Shown here: positions 13,401 through 26,901 of the stretch, piece by piece
How the letters are laid out: each line of letters begins with the position of its first letter
Position numbering within the stretch: the first letter of the stretch is position 1
Origin: Piromyces finnis finn
Lineage: Eukaryota > Fungi > Neocallimastigomycota
Direction: 5' to 3'
DNA length: 64,000 bases
Assembly (NCBI GenBank): GCA_002104945.1
Contig: MCFH01000081.1
Location: forward strand, 62,001 to 126,000
Translations under genes and position numbers: made by a program
Notes under the pieces: model-generated
The model's database searches: none
Told to the model about the DNA's origin: nothing
The model's input: only the letters and a program-made list of their open reading frames with translations

Positions 13401-14365
13401 AAATCTACAGTATACTTAGAGTATTTTTATTAAAAATGCTTTTTTTTAATAAGTTAATAAACTATCAATTACTCTACTTTTGTTGAATCCTTTATAGAAA
13501 AAAACACTTTTTTTATTTAAATACAACCTTTAATTTATTGGTGGATTTTTAATTTACTAATTAATTTTTATGTATCCAATGTAGGATGGTTTTTTTTAAA
13601 AAAATTGTACTAAAAGATTAGTGTTAAATTAAAAATTAATTAAAAGTTAATTATTTAAAAGAGGAAAGTAATTTTCAAAATTTTAAAATTTTTCTTTAAA
13701 AATTATTTTAAAAAGAATTCTTATTTTTTTTGTATAATCAATGAAATTAACAAAAGGAATAGTTAATAAAAGTATTTGAGCAGAAATTTAGTTATTTATA
13801 AAACAAAAAAAAAATATTTATACATTTATTAAGAGAATTAATTAAGCTAAAACAAAAAAAAAAAAAGGCTTTAGGAGAGTATTATTAGTAATGGATTTCT
13901 TCAATATATTTTATAGATATGAAATTTCTGTTATATATTACAAAACATTTAAATAAATATTTCAAAATAAGGTAAACTATTAAATAATAAAAGTTATCTA
14001 TTTATATACATTAAAATTCCATTATTAATTTTTTAAAGAAATACCCGATTCTATAAAGAAAAAATTCATTTATTTTTATACTTTTTTTTTATTTATTTAT
14101 TATAATGTATATTATACATTAATATAATATTGAAATTTGCTTTCATTTGTTTTTTTATATAAAAATTAATAATAAAATGTTTGTTTTCATATTAAATTAT
14201 CAATGCTTTGAAAATAAATTAATTTATTGAATAATTACAAAAGTTGGAAATACTATTTTTTTTTTCACTTTTAATAAAGAATTATAGAGTTTGTAATGAT
14301 TTGAATGTAAAAAAAAAAAAAAAAAAAAAAAATAAAATAAATATAGATTATTACAAGATTTAATT

Positions 14366-14692
14366 TTAATTTTTTGACCAGAATTTCCACCATGGTTTCT
14401 TTTCAACTAAATCATCATCGTCATCGTCAAAAATATTATCTTTGTAAACATCTGGATGCTCTTTGAAACAATCCTGCATATTTTTGAATTTTTCAAGACA
14501 ATCCATTCCTTTTGGGTCAGCTTGAGAATACATATAACATGCAAAAGCTGCCTTGAATTGTTCAGCACATGGTCCTTTGGTCATATCACCTAAACAAGGA
14601 CAATCCCAATTAATTTCACCAGTTTCTGGGTCATAAGCTTCTTCATTTTTTGGTTTAGTTTCTTTTGGTTCACTTTTACTAAATGGCCACAT
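14366..14692 (-). CDS. MIA40: Mitochondrial intermembrane-space oxidoreductase Mia40/CHCHD4, short form (108 aa)
   Basis: Contains INWDCPCL (CPC redox motif) followed by twin CX9C (CAEQFKAAFAC, CLEKFKNMQDC) and HPDVY. Intronless, with a true ATG in an A-rich context. Confidence 0.95.
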   Translation of the reverse strand: MWPFSKSEPKETKPKNEEAYDPETGEINWDCPCLGDMTKGPCAEQFKAAFACYMYSQADPKGMDCLEKFKNMQDCFKEHPDVYKDNIFDDDDDDLVEKKPWWKFWSKN

Positions 14693-16671
14693 TATTATTT
14701 ATTAAATTAATATTTTTTGAAAATTAAAATTGAAGGTATATTACAAATTTTATTTAAATAATTTGGTATAAATTTTATTGCTTTAAAATTGGTTTATCCT
14801 TTATTTTCTTTTTTATTTTTATATAGGATGGTATATAATAATGATAATGATAAAAATGAAATTTTAAATATTGAAATTCAACATTATTTATATATTATTC
14901 AATATATTATTTATATTAAAAACAAAAATATTAGTAACACATATTTACATTATTTATAATTAATTTTATTTTCATTCATATATATTTATATTTGTTTAAA
15001 ATAATGTGTATTTTTTCATTTTATTTTCTTTTTATAAATTTTAGAAAGATGCATTTATATAAATTGTAAATTTAAACTAAAAAATTAAATTTCAATAATG
15101 AATTAATACTTACAATAGTTATTTTTTGAATAATTTATTTTTAAAAATATATAGAAAACTACAAGTGTTAAAGGGATATAATCTCTAATAATTTAAAGAT
15201 ATATATATTTTTATTTTGGTTAAAAACAACAACAACAACAAAAAAAAAATATATTTATTCTATTATTATTTACTCACTTTTTTTTTTTAAAAAAAAAAAC
15301 GGATATAAATTAATTGGATCATTAATTTTTTTTATAAAAAATTTTTCCTTTTTTTTCCTTTTTTTCTTTTTTTTCTTTTGGTATAAATTAGGCCATGTCA
15401 AAGTAAAAATAAGATCTTTTTTATTGTAAATCATTTGTATACGCAATTTCAAAATATTGGTCACTTTTGACATAAAATTGTACAACAAAAATCAAATAAT
15501 TTTTAAAAGTTTTTTATAAATTAATAATATTAATGTAAAAAGAAAAGAATGTATGTATCAATGTATGTACAACTATTTTAGTTAATGATACATTTAATTA
15601 TATCTTTATTTTAAAAAAAAAATTTAATTAAAAAAAAAAAAAATAATAATAATAATTATAGAAAAAGAATAAATTATTATTAATTTTTAAAATATAATTT
15701 ATAAGGAAAAAAAAAGTGTAATTTGAATTATTGAATAGACCTTTCTTAAAAAAACTTCAAACATTCCTTTTCCCCATTTTTTTTTTGACATTAATAACCA
15801 TTTTATTTAACCTTTTCCTATTTAAAGGTATATATATTATAATATTTATCATTTGATTATTACAAACTATTATTGGTTTATTTTAATACTGCGGCGGCAT
15901 GTTCAAATTATGATAAAATCGATTGTTGTAGTAATTTCAAATCATGGCTTATTATAACTAATAGACACTACCTAATGTATAATATAAATGAAAAAATAAA
16001 AAATAAAAAAAAAAAAAAAAAAAAAAAAACAAATACTATCTTTTGTTCTTTTTGACAGTACTTTAAAATTTTTATTTAACAAATTTAGATTTTTATAAAT
16101 AATATCACATTCTCTTCAGTTTAAAAATGAACATTGAATGTATAAAGATAAATAATTATTATGGTATTTTTAAATTTTGTTGCATTACATTATTTAAATA
16201 AATAATACAATTTGAAAAACGAAGAAATATAATAAAAACGTGACATTATAGGGGGAAATAAAGATTTAAAATTAATAATTATTTACATTTTGAAAATTGT
16301 CCATTATACCATGATAACTTGTCGATCTATTCTAAAAATACTAATTAACAACAACAACAATAATAATGTTAATAATAGATAATAATAAAACAATAACGAT
16401 AAAATATATTGAAATTAGAAACGTTTCTTTTAAAAAATATACTGATTTTTTTAATTTCAATATTAATAACAACAACAACAACAATAATAATAATAATGCT
16501 CTATAAAAAGACATTCCAAATTTGCCATTTAATTTTTATCAATGATAAACCATTGACATTTATTATCAATTTAATTATATATAAACTATCACATTCATTA
16601 ATATTTTATTTAATATTTTACTTAAATTTAAAAAATGTTAATAGTAGAAATAAAATAATTCAAGCATAATA

Positions 16672-19600
16672 ATGAATGCCAAAAGGAAAGAATTGAGAGC
16701 TTTGAATGAAGCTGCTTGGGATAAAAGAATAGGTATTTACTATAATATATATTATATATGTGCAAAAAAACATTGAAAGTGAAATAAATAAAGGAAATAT
16801 ATTCAAAATCATATTTTAATATATATATTATTACTATAAAAATAAATTATTATACTATGAAATTAAAAAATGTTTAGATTTATCGAAGCAAAAATTAGAT
16901 TCTTCTATTAAAAAGAATACTTCCTTTGTTAAAAAGTTAAAAGTTTCACTTACTAGTGAAAAAAAGAATGAATTACTTAAGGATATTAAATCATTGAAGT
17001 TAGAAAAATATATTGCAGAAGTAGTTTCTGCTATAGCGGAAGCTAAATTAAAGAATCAAGCTGATGTTGAAGCTGCAGTTGAAATTTGTTCTTTACTTCA
17101 TCAACGCTTTTCTGATTTTTCTTCTCTTCTTCAAGATGCTTTATTAAAACAACTTGCTCCTGGTTCATATTCTAGTAATAATTTAACAAGTGAGCAAAAG
17201 GAAAAAGAAGATAATACCAGAATAACTAGACAAAAGGCAGTGTTACCTTTATTTATAGAATTATATCTTGTAAATGTTTTCCGTGATATTTCACTAAATA
17301 AAGATAAAGACATGCTTATTTATTCTGTTTTAAGAAAATTAGTAAGTTAAAATGACTTTATTTTTTAAATAGTATTATTTATATATAATTTAAACGTCAT
17401 TTATATCTATGATATTTTGATACGAAGAAAAATTAAAAATATTAATTCTTATTATGAAAATTTCAATTTAAAAGTTGGCTATTGATAAAAATATGCATGT
17501 TAACATTCCATTATCAGTCATTGTAATGTCAAATTATGGTAGAGAATTAACTGGAATTATACCTCAAAAACAAGAAGAAGAAAAATCAGAAGAATCTGAA
17601 AAAAATGAAGGTGAAGGTGAATCAAAAGAAGAATCAATCCAAAAAAAAGAAGGATCTAAAAAAACAGATGATGATGTAAATAAATACAGCATATTGCCTT
17701 TTTTAAAGAGTTATTTTCAGTTCTCAGTATAACCTGGTGTTAATCCTTATTTATTTATTTTTTTTTTAAAAAATTGATAGGATGATATAATACAAGTACC
17801 AAAAGAAGTTCAAGAAAAGTTAAAAATTCATATGTTAGAATACAGTAAAACAGTAGAAGGTCAATTAAATAAGGCTTTTGAGGTTAATATTAAAACATTA
17901 AAAAAACATCATTGTGTTCATCTTTACCATTATTAATCTTAAATTTTATTTATAATAATAATATGTAATATATATTCAATACAAAAAAAAATAGAACTTA
18001 AAAAAAATGGAAAAATCCAATCATGAAAATAATATTGCTCATGGAAAAATTAATGAAGAAAGAAAGGAAAAATACCAAAAATTCCAAAAAATTTTCGAAA
18101 ATTATTATTCTAATGCAAAAATATTGTTTAAATTTGTGAATAGAAAAATTCCAGAATTTAAGGATGAAGAAGAAGATTCTTTGGGTGTTTCCTTTAAAAT
18201 TAGTTTGAATGATAAGAAAATGGTAAATTTTTATATAAATATTTATTTTTAATGATGACACACTATATATATATAAATGAATATGAATTTGACATTAATT
18301 GATTCATTTTTGATTAAATAAATATATATGATAATCCTATTATTTGTATTTTTTATATATGCGTATTTGAATATATTATTTTAAAAAAAAATGATTCAAT
18401 TTACCACTGTGGAATTTCAAAAAACTATGAATGTATTATTAACCGTCACTGACAAATTAATAAAAATTTTAAATTTGGGATTCAACAAAATGGATAAATT
18501 TATATATCATTCAACAGGATTCATTTCAAAGTGATATTTGGGAAGATGAAGATTCTAAAGTATTTTATGAACAAACTATTGATTTAAAACTTATGATACC
18601 AACTGCTTTATTAAAAGGAAAGAAGGATAAAAAGGCAGATAAAGATGATACAAAGGATTCAGAAAAATCTTCAACTGAAAATCTTGATCAGAATTTAACA
18701 TTTACTATGTCTGACCCAGAATTAGATAAAATATTGAAAGAAAAAAGTGAAAAAATGGAAAAAAATGAAGATATTGTTGAAGCTGAAGCTGAAGATGAAC
18801 CAATATCAATTGAAGATAAACGTAACATTAATTTATTTGCGCTTGATCCTATATTAGATCGTCTTCCATATGCATTAAATCGTGATGCTATTGATCAAAT
18901 TGCTGTTGATTTTTGTTTTGTTAACAATAAAAGTTCAATGAAGAAATTAATTAAAACATTACTTGGTGTTCCACGTCAAAGATTAGACCTATTACCATAT
19001 TATTCACGCTTAGTCGCCACCTTAAATAAATGTTTCCCAGAAATTGGTGAAAATACTATTAATGAACTTGAAAATGAATTCCATAGATTACAGAAAAAGA
19101 GCGATCAAATGTTCCATGAGGAAAAAATTAAAAATATTAGATTTATTGGTAAGTCAATTAGTAAATGCATTTTTATTATAGTATAATAATAATAGTACTA
19201 TTATATATTATTTATAGTAGTAATATTAATTTATTAAAAATACTTTTTATATATTCTATAGAACCATTTATTAATTTATATATATATATAATTTTTAAAA
19301 TCTTTTATTTTTTATCTTTTATTTTTTAATCTTTATACTAGGTGAATTAACAAAATTTAGAGTTACACCATTACATGTTGTTTTCCATTGTATTCAAGTT
19401 TTATTAAATAATTTCAATGGTTTTAATATTGATATTGTTTGTAGTTTATTAGAAACTTGTGGTCGATTCCTTTATCGTATACCTGAAACTAAAACACGTT
19501 TGGGTAATATGTTAGATATTATGATGAGAAAGAAGACTGTTCAACATCTTGACAATCGTCAAGTTCTTTTAATTGAAAATGCCTACTATCAATGTAATCC

Positions 19601-20523
19601 ACCAGAAAAAATTATTAAACCAGTAAAGGAACGTTCACCAATTGAATTGTATATTAGAAAGATGATTTATGTTGATCTTGGTAAATACACTGTTGATCGT
19701 ATTTCAAAACAATTTAGAAAGCTAAATTGGGATGATCCAGAAGTACTTCGTGTTATTTATAAGGTTTTCTTTAAGATCTGGAAATTGAAATACATTAATA
19801 TTCATCTTATGAGTTACCTTGTTGTTGATTTATCTCATTATCACCCAGATTTTGGTGTTGCTGTTGTTGATAATACCATTGAGGACATTAGAATTGGTTT
19901 AGAAGTATGTCATAACTTTGTAGATTAAAATCATAAGGAGAAAAAAAATATAAATTTATAATATATACCTATCTATTTTAATGTATGCTAACATTATATA
20001 TATATTATTATTATTTTATTTTACCCTTGATAATAGCAAAATAATTATAAACACAATCAAAGAAGATTAGCTATGATTAAATTTTTGGGTGAATTATGGA
20101 TTTATAATATGATTGAAACTGATACCATTTTTGATATTTTATATACTCTTGTTTCTTTCGGTCATGGTACCTATATATATTTTATATTTTACAGATTTCA
20201 TTTTTTTTTAAAAGATTCAATGTATAAATATATTTTAATAAATTAATTAAATTATCATATTGACAACTATAATAATGATAAAAATTATAAATAAATTATA
20301 TAAAAGATCAAGGTAAACCAAGACCAGATGAATTCAGTCCATTAGATGCTCCACACGATTTCTTCCGTATCAGATTAATTTATACTTTATTAGATACTTG
20401 TGGTACTTGTCTTAAAGAAGATAGTAGATTAAATATTTTCTTGGTTCTTTTCCAAGTATATATCAAAACTAAATTCCCACCACCTACCGATATTCTTTTC
20501 CTAATTCAAGATATATTTGAAGT

Positions 20524-20560
<37 letters not shown>

Positions 20561-21443
20561 AAAAAAAAAAAGAAATAAATTTATAAAATAACGTTGTTAT
20601 TTTTCTAATACCTTTATTTATTTCTATTTTTTTTAATAAATATAATTTTTGTATTTTTTTTTTTTTTTTTAGGTTTTCCAACCAAATAAAAAGCTATTTA
20701 ATACGTATGAAGAAGCTTGTATTGAATTAGATAGATTAATTTTAGAAGATAGAAAAAGAAATGAACCTAAAGTTATATTTGATGGTACATCAAATGAAAA
20801 TAAGACTACCTTTGATAATGAAAATGATAATGATGATATTGAAAATGATAATGACGATGATGACGATGACGACGATGATGATGAAAATGATGATGATGAT
20901 GAGAATAATATTATTGAAGGAGAAGATGAAGATAATGAAGATGAAGATAATGAAAAGGATGATGATGGTAAGTTAGTTGATGGTGATGATGAAGACGTTA
21001 TTGTATATAATCAAGATGATCTTAAACCAACCGAAGAAGAAGAAGAAGAATATAAGAGAGAATTTCATCAAATTATGCAAGAAAGTCTTGATTCCCGTAA
21101 GAATGAAAGAAAGATTCAACAATTTGATATTCCAATTCCAATGGGTATTAAAAAGGATTTAAGAGATAATAATAGTGATAGTCAAGATGATGATTCCGAA
21201 GAAGAAAAGAATAATGTTGAATTTGTATTGTTAACAAAGAAGGGTAATAAGCAACAAGCTAAATCTTTAGCTGTTCCAAATGATTGTTTATTTGCTGTTT
21301 CTGCTCGTAATCAACGTGAAATTGATAGAAAGGAACAACTGAAACTTAAGAAGCTTGTATTAAACTATGAAGAACAAGAAGAAAAAAGTAGACATAATAA
21401 AAGAATGGATAATAGAAGATACTATCGTGATACTTGGAAATAA
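16672..21443 (+). CDS. UPF2: Nonsense-mediated decay factor UPF2/NMD2 (MIF4G domains, acidic region, UPF1-binding tail), ~10 exons
   Basis: Starts MNAKRKELRALNEAAW. Contains LDSSIKKNTSFVKKLK, LKLEKYIAEVV, IWEDEDSKVFYE, LLPYYSRLVATL, LLETCGRFLYR, DFFRIRLIYTLLDTCG, an Asp/Glu tract, and FVLLTKKGNKQQ. The exons join through GT-AG introns. Confidence 0.93.
18390..18452 (+). ncRNA. Candidate intronic box C/D snoRNA (weak)
   Basis: Lies in the UPF2 intron 18223-18517. Has an imperfect C box (ATGATT), a C'-like ATGAATG, D box CTGA at 18449-18452, and AATTTACCAC, which is complementary to the conserved LSU rRNA segment GUGGUAAAUU. Confidence 0.25.
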
Positions 21444-21564
21444 GTTTATTTATTGTGGTGCGTAATGATATTAATCTCGTTTTTTATTCATCCTCTATGA
21501 TTTAAAAAAAAAAAAAAAAGAGAAATCTAATCTCCTTCACGACTAAAAATAAACAAACAATTAA

Positions 21565-21598
<34 letters not shown>

Positions 21599-22571
21599 AT
21601 ACGATATATAAAGGATCCTCCTCTTGATTACCATTTATATTACCAAGGATTCCTCCCCCTCTAAATGTGATATGTTCATTTTTTTTATTGATATATACAT
21701 AAAAAAGAAAGAAAAAGAAATTTTCTACTTTACAAGTCAATCAAAAGCAATCGAAGAAAGTAATATTATAGAAAAGGAAAAATAAAATTTGAAATAAAAT
21801 AAAATACATCAATCATTTCAAGGCAATACAACAGTCAATGTCCATAATATAATTTTATAATGTTAAGAAAAAAAAAAAATAAAATAAAAATATAATATAT
21901 ATATATAAATAGAAACTTTAGAAAAAGTTTACTTTTTATTATTTTTTTTTTTTTTTTTTATTATTAATATAGAAATTATATTATAAAAAAAAATTGATTA
22001 TTGTAAAAGATGGCATTAAAGTAAACCATTTATTTATTTTAATAAAATAATATTGCCATTATAGTAGGTAGATAGTAAAGAATTAATAACAGAAGAATAT
22101 TTTTAATTAGTAGTACATGCATGGTATATACCTATTTAATTAAACTTTTTTTTTTTAAAAAAAAAAAGTTCATTTTCAATAATACCTTTGTTCTTTTATA
22201 TTTTTTAACAATTTTATATATACACATAGCAAACAAAATAAAAATAATAATAAAAAAAAAAGTATATCCAAAATGATTAAAACATTTATTATTATTGAAT
22301 ATTATTATTTTATATAGTTTTTTTTTTTTTTTTATTTTTTGTATAATGAACAGAAAAATTGAAAAAAAAAAAAAAAGTGGTGTCATGCTTTATCTTTTTA
22401 ATAAATTAGAGATATTGAGTAGAAAATCATTGTTCCTCTTATTGTTAATTATTACTTATTTATTTTCTAATATGAAATATACAAAGGTATACGTATTACG
22501 TGGAAGATATTATATTGATTAAATAAATAGTGTTTTTTTTTTTTATAAAAAAATTATATATATAAATATAT

Positions 22572-23423
22572 TTAGTTTTGAAGTTGTTTTCCATTCTTTA
22601 TAATAAAAGCAGCTAAATATTCATATGGATTTGGTGGTCTTTAATTTTTATTTTATTTTGTTTTGTATATTTAATAAAAAAAAATTTTTTTTATAAAGTT
22701 TAAAAAAAAAAGTAAATAATCTATTCAACATTTAATATATATAAATATATGTATATGTAAAATTTATTTCAATAAATTGGTATTACAAACCTTTCTTTAA
22801 CTAATTCCTTAAGACCTTCAAGTAATACTGGAACAACAGTTTGATCTAAGTAAGCTCTAGCTGGTAAATTACATAATTGTTCATATTCAGAAGAGTCATT
22901 TTCAAAATTATCTTTTTCAGTTTTGATAGCATTCTTATTATTAATAATAAAATATTATTTTTATTATGTATAAAATATGGTAGAGTGGAAAAAGAATATA
23001 TATATATTAAAATGATTAATAACTTGTAATTTGAAATTGTTTTTTGAATAATTTCTTTTTTTTTTTTTTTCAGTGAGATGTAAAAATTTATTTCTATTCT
23101 TCCTTCAAAATTATTTTTATTATTATTTTAAACTATTAACTTGACAATTACTTCAACATCTTGAGTTAGTCCACTTTCTTTATGAAAAGCCATTGGATCT
23201 TCCTTATTTTCATTCTTAATTTCGTCTTTTGTATCCATAACAGTATCGTTTGTTTCAACTTTTTTTTTTTTTTTGACATTATAATTAAATATACATTTCA
23301 TATATAAAATTTTACATTTATTAATTTTGAGAATTTTAAAATTTTATATAGATATAAAAGGAATTTTAAATAAATTTTATATATGTTATAATATATATAA
23401 TGTATACCTTCTGGATTAGCCAT
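22572..23423 (-). CDS. DPY30: COMPASS subunit Dpy-30/Sdc1, 4 exons
   Basis: Spliced product MANPEVETNDT...[41 protein letters not shown] contains the Dpy-30 motif. Not in the ORF track. Confidence 0.92.
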
Positions 23424-24543
23424 TGTTATTTATTTATTTATTTATTATATTAATACTATTTTAAATTTTTTTACATTTTATTGAAATTAATTTGAAATGA
23501 TTTTATATTTTTTATTTAAAAAAAAAAAAAAAAGAATATATAATTTTTATATTAATATTTTTTATTATTTGGTTTAGATTTTATATAAAATAGATATTTG
23601 AAATTATCATTTATATTATTATTACTTTTATTATTATAAAAATTACCACTTTCAAACTTACTTTTAAATTTTATTATTAGGATAAAAAAAAAATTTACAA
23701 ATTTATTTGATATATATAAAAAAAAATAAAAATAATTATTAAAAATTAAAAAATAAAATTTAACCAATAAATTCTAGAGTTAAACTTTTCTTTTTTTTTT
23801 TAAAGAAAATTTTTAATTTCAATAATTTCATAGTACAAAAGAAAGAAAAATGATAAATAAAAGAAAAACAATTATTTTTTTATTGAAAAATAAAAAGATA
23901 CCTTACTTTATTTTATGTTTTTATTTTTATTTCACATAAAGAAAATTTTTATATTGTTTTATTATTAAATGTAATAATAAATGTTGTATGTTTTTTATAA
24001 CTACCACCTACCTACATTATAATTTAAAAAAATTTTAAAAAATTTTTAATTTAGAGAAATAACAATCAAATATTTTATAAATTATATTCATAACAAAACT
24101 TTTTTGTATGTTTATGTCTTTTTTTTTTTTAAAAAAAAAAAAAAAGAATACATTATAAATATAAAATAAAATTAAAGAACATATTTATTTCTTATATAAT
24201 TAATAATTATTAAATACCTTTGGTTTAATAAAAATTTTAAAAGAAAACTCTTTATTATTAATAAAAAAAAAATATAATTAAAAAGATTTATTATTAAACT
24301 ATTAAAATTAGAATTTTTAATTAAATTAAATTAAAAAATTTTATATCTGAATTTTAATAATATTGAGCAGTTAAAAGTTTAAAACTTATCTGTAAAATAT
24401 TACAATTTCTCTGAAACAAAGTATAGTACTAGTCTTTCTTTTTCATTTTTAAAGAGAATCCTATAGTATTAGAACTTTTATTATAGAGATAATAATAAAG
24501 AAGATATAAGAAGAATTTCTACCGACATAGAGTATTAAAAAAA

Positions 24544-25744
24544 ATGTCTATTCAAACAAAAGGTTTTAAAATGAATTCATATATATATATATATATTTAG
24601 CACTAACATTTGCATAATTAAACATATTATTAATAAATATTATAATATATTATTATTATTATTATTATTATTATTTACAAAGGTGGACAAAAAATTGTAC
24701 GTTTTGAAATTGCTTATTTATAAAAATATATAATTTTATTAATGTAGCATGTTTAAAAATAAAATTGTATAAAACACTTTTGAATTATTAGATATTGAAT
24801 ATTTATATAATTAAAAAAAGTAATAAACCATGAGGGATAATAGAATGTTATATGAGAATTTGTAGAAAAAAAAAAAAAGTTTCTCTCAATTTTAAGATTA
24901 TGAAATATTTACAGGATTATTACAAATGTTAAAACTTTATAATATTAACAAAAATGTTTTTCTACCTTTTTTTTTTTCACTTATAAAGAGAAAATTAATG
25001 ATTAACGATATCTATTTTTCATATTTCCTATATATAAATATTTATTATTACTATATTATAAAGTTATCATCACTTCCTTTTGAGATATTACTATATTTTA
25101 ATAGATTGTATTATTATCTATTTCTATTAGGAACTTTAGTACTATTAATATATAAGGGTACCTATTATATACGATATTCAATTTAAGAATACTGAAACAT
25201 TATTTAACTAAAATATTATAACTATTTTATTGATTAAATATATATATAAAATTATCTATCCTTTAAAATCATTCAAACCTCTGTAAACACACCACATACA
25301 CATATATATATAAAAAGGCATTCAATATCCTTTTCCAAATGGTGCATTATATCTGGAACTTCTTGGATTAATTCCATTTACTATATTAGAATCAATACGA
25401 ATTTATCTTGGTTCTCAGGGAAATAAAACAGAAGAAAGATTACCAACAGGTGTATCTTTGGGTTTATCATTTATATCTGTATTTGGATATATATATTATA
25501 TGATTTGGCAAACTTATGTGTAAGTAGAATATTGCTTTTTTGATATATTCAAATATTAACAACCTATTAAAATAACAATAATAATATTTCTTTTTTTTTT
25601 TTTTTTTGATATTTAATATATATACTATTTTTTTATAGCTTATTATTTGATATTATACTAAGTGCAATTGGATTGGTTTTTATTATTGGTGATATAATAT
25701 TTGCAATAATATTATTCATCAACTTAACAAATGCTTCGGTTTAA
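24544..25744 (+). CDS. TMEM216: Ciliary transition-zone tetraspan protein, TMEM216/TMEM80/TMEM17 family, 5 exons
   Basis: Spliced product MSIQTKGGQKILSSLPFEILLYFN...YKGIQYPFP...LESIRIYLGSQGNKTEE...WQTYVLLFDIIL matches the TMEM216 pattern (LSS.PLEIL, YKG..LPYP, RL..G..GN, QTYVL). The exact paralog is less certain than the family. Confidence 0.82.
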
Positions 25745-26901
25745 TTTTAACACATTAATATCATATTTTATCCTTGCTTTTTTTCACCATGTCACTTATA
25801 GTTTAATCCTACATACTACATTATAAATGTAAACATGTATACAATATATATTAATGTAGTAGAAGAATATGGGGAGTATTCATTTAAAAATTTAATAATA
25901 ATAATAATAATTATAACAATAATTATTATTTTAGATTCATTTTATTTTATACCTATTCAAAAATCTATTAATGAAATATATTAATTATATTTAAATATAT
26001 ATTATTATATAATTTCTAATATAATAAACAATATTTTTTTCCACTTTAAAATTTACTATTTTTAATTAATTAAAACCACTTTTAAAAAGACATATAAATG
26101 ACTTATCATTACTCTTTTACGTTTATCAATAGAATAAATACTTTTCTATATTATTTTCTATTATTATTTACTTTTTTTACTACCTTATTTCTTTCTTCTA
26201 TGGTTTGATTTCTTTACCATATCGCTACGCATACATTACATGAATGACTAGTAAATTTTATACCAATATATCTTTAAAAGCTTAGCAAAACTTTGGATAA
26301 CCAAAATATATTTATAAAAGTTAACCAATCATTTTAAAAATTTTATTATTAAATAATAGTTAATTAAAAAAAAACAATTTATTATTAATAATTAATAATT
26401 ATTTATTATATAAATAAATAGTATTATTTTAAATAACTATTATTTAGAATTGATTTTTATTCTATAGCCTTTGAAAGTAATCATTATTATTATCATTATT
26501 ATTATTATTATTATTATTATTTACAAGTATCATTATATTCATTATTATTTATTATCATCTTTGTTAATACTATTATTATTATTAATTATTTATTATAGGC
26601 ATAAATCATTTATTAAATTAAATAGTTTACAAAATTTTTTGGGAATAAATTTTTTTTTCGATTAATATATTAATTAATATATAAATAAATATATATTGAA
26701 ATATATTATTAACAAATAAAAATTATATTCTTAAATAAATATTGCATGGGGCAGTAATAGTTAAAATTAATAAAACCATTTTTTTTTTTTTTTTTCCTTT
26801 TGCGATTCCAATAAATATTTTATTAATATATTGTAATCTTAGCAAATAAAAAGATTTAAAATATATATATTTATATTTATATTTTTTTTGAATAAATTAC
26901 A

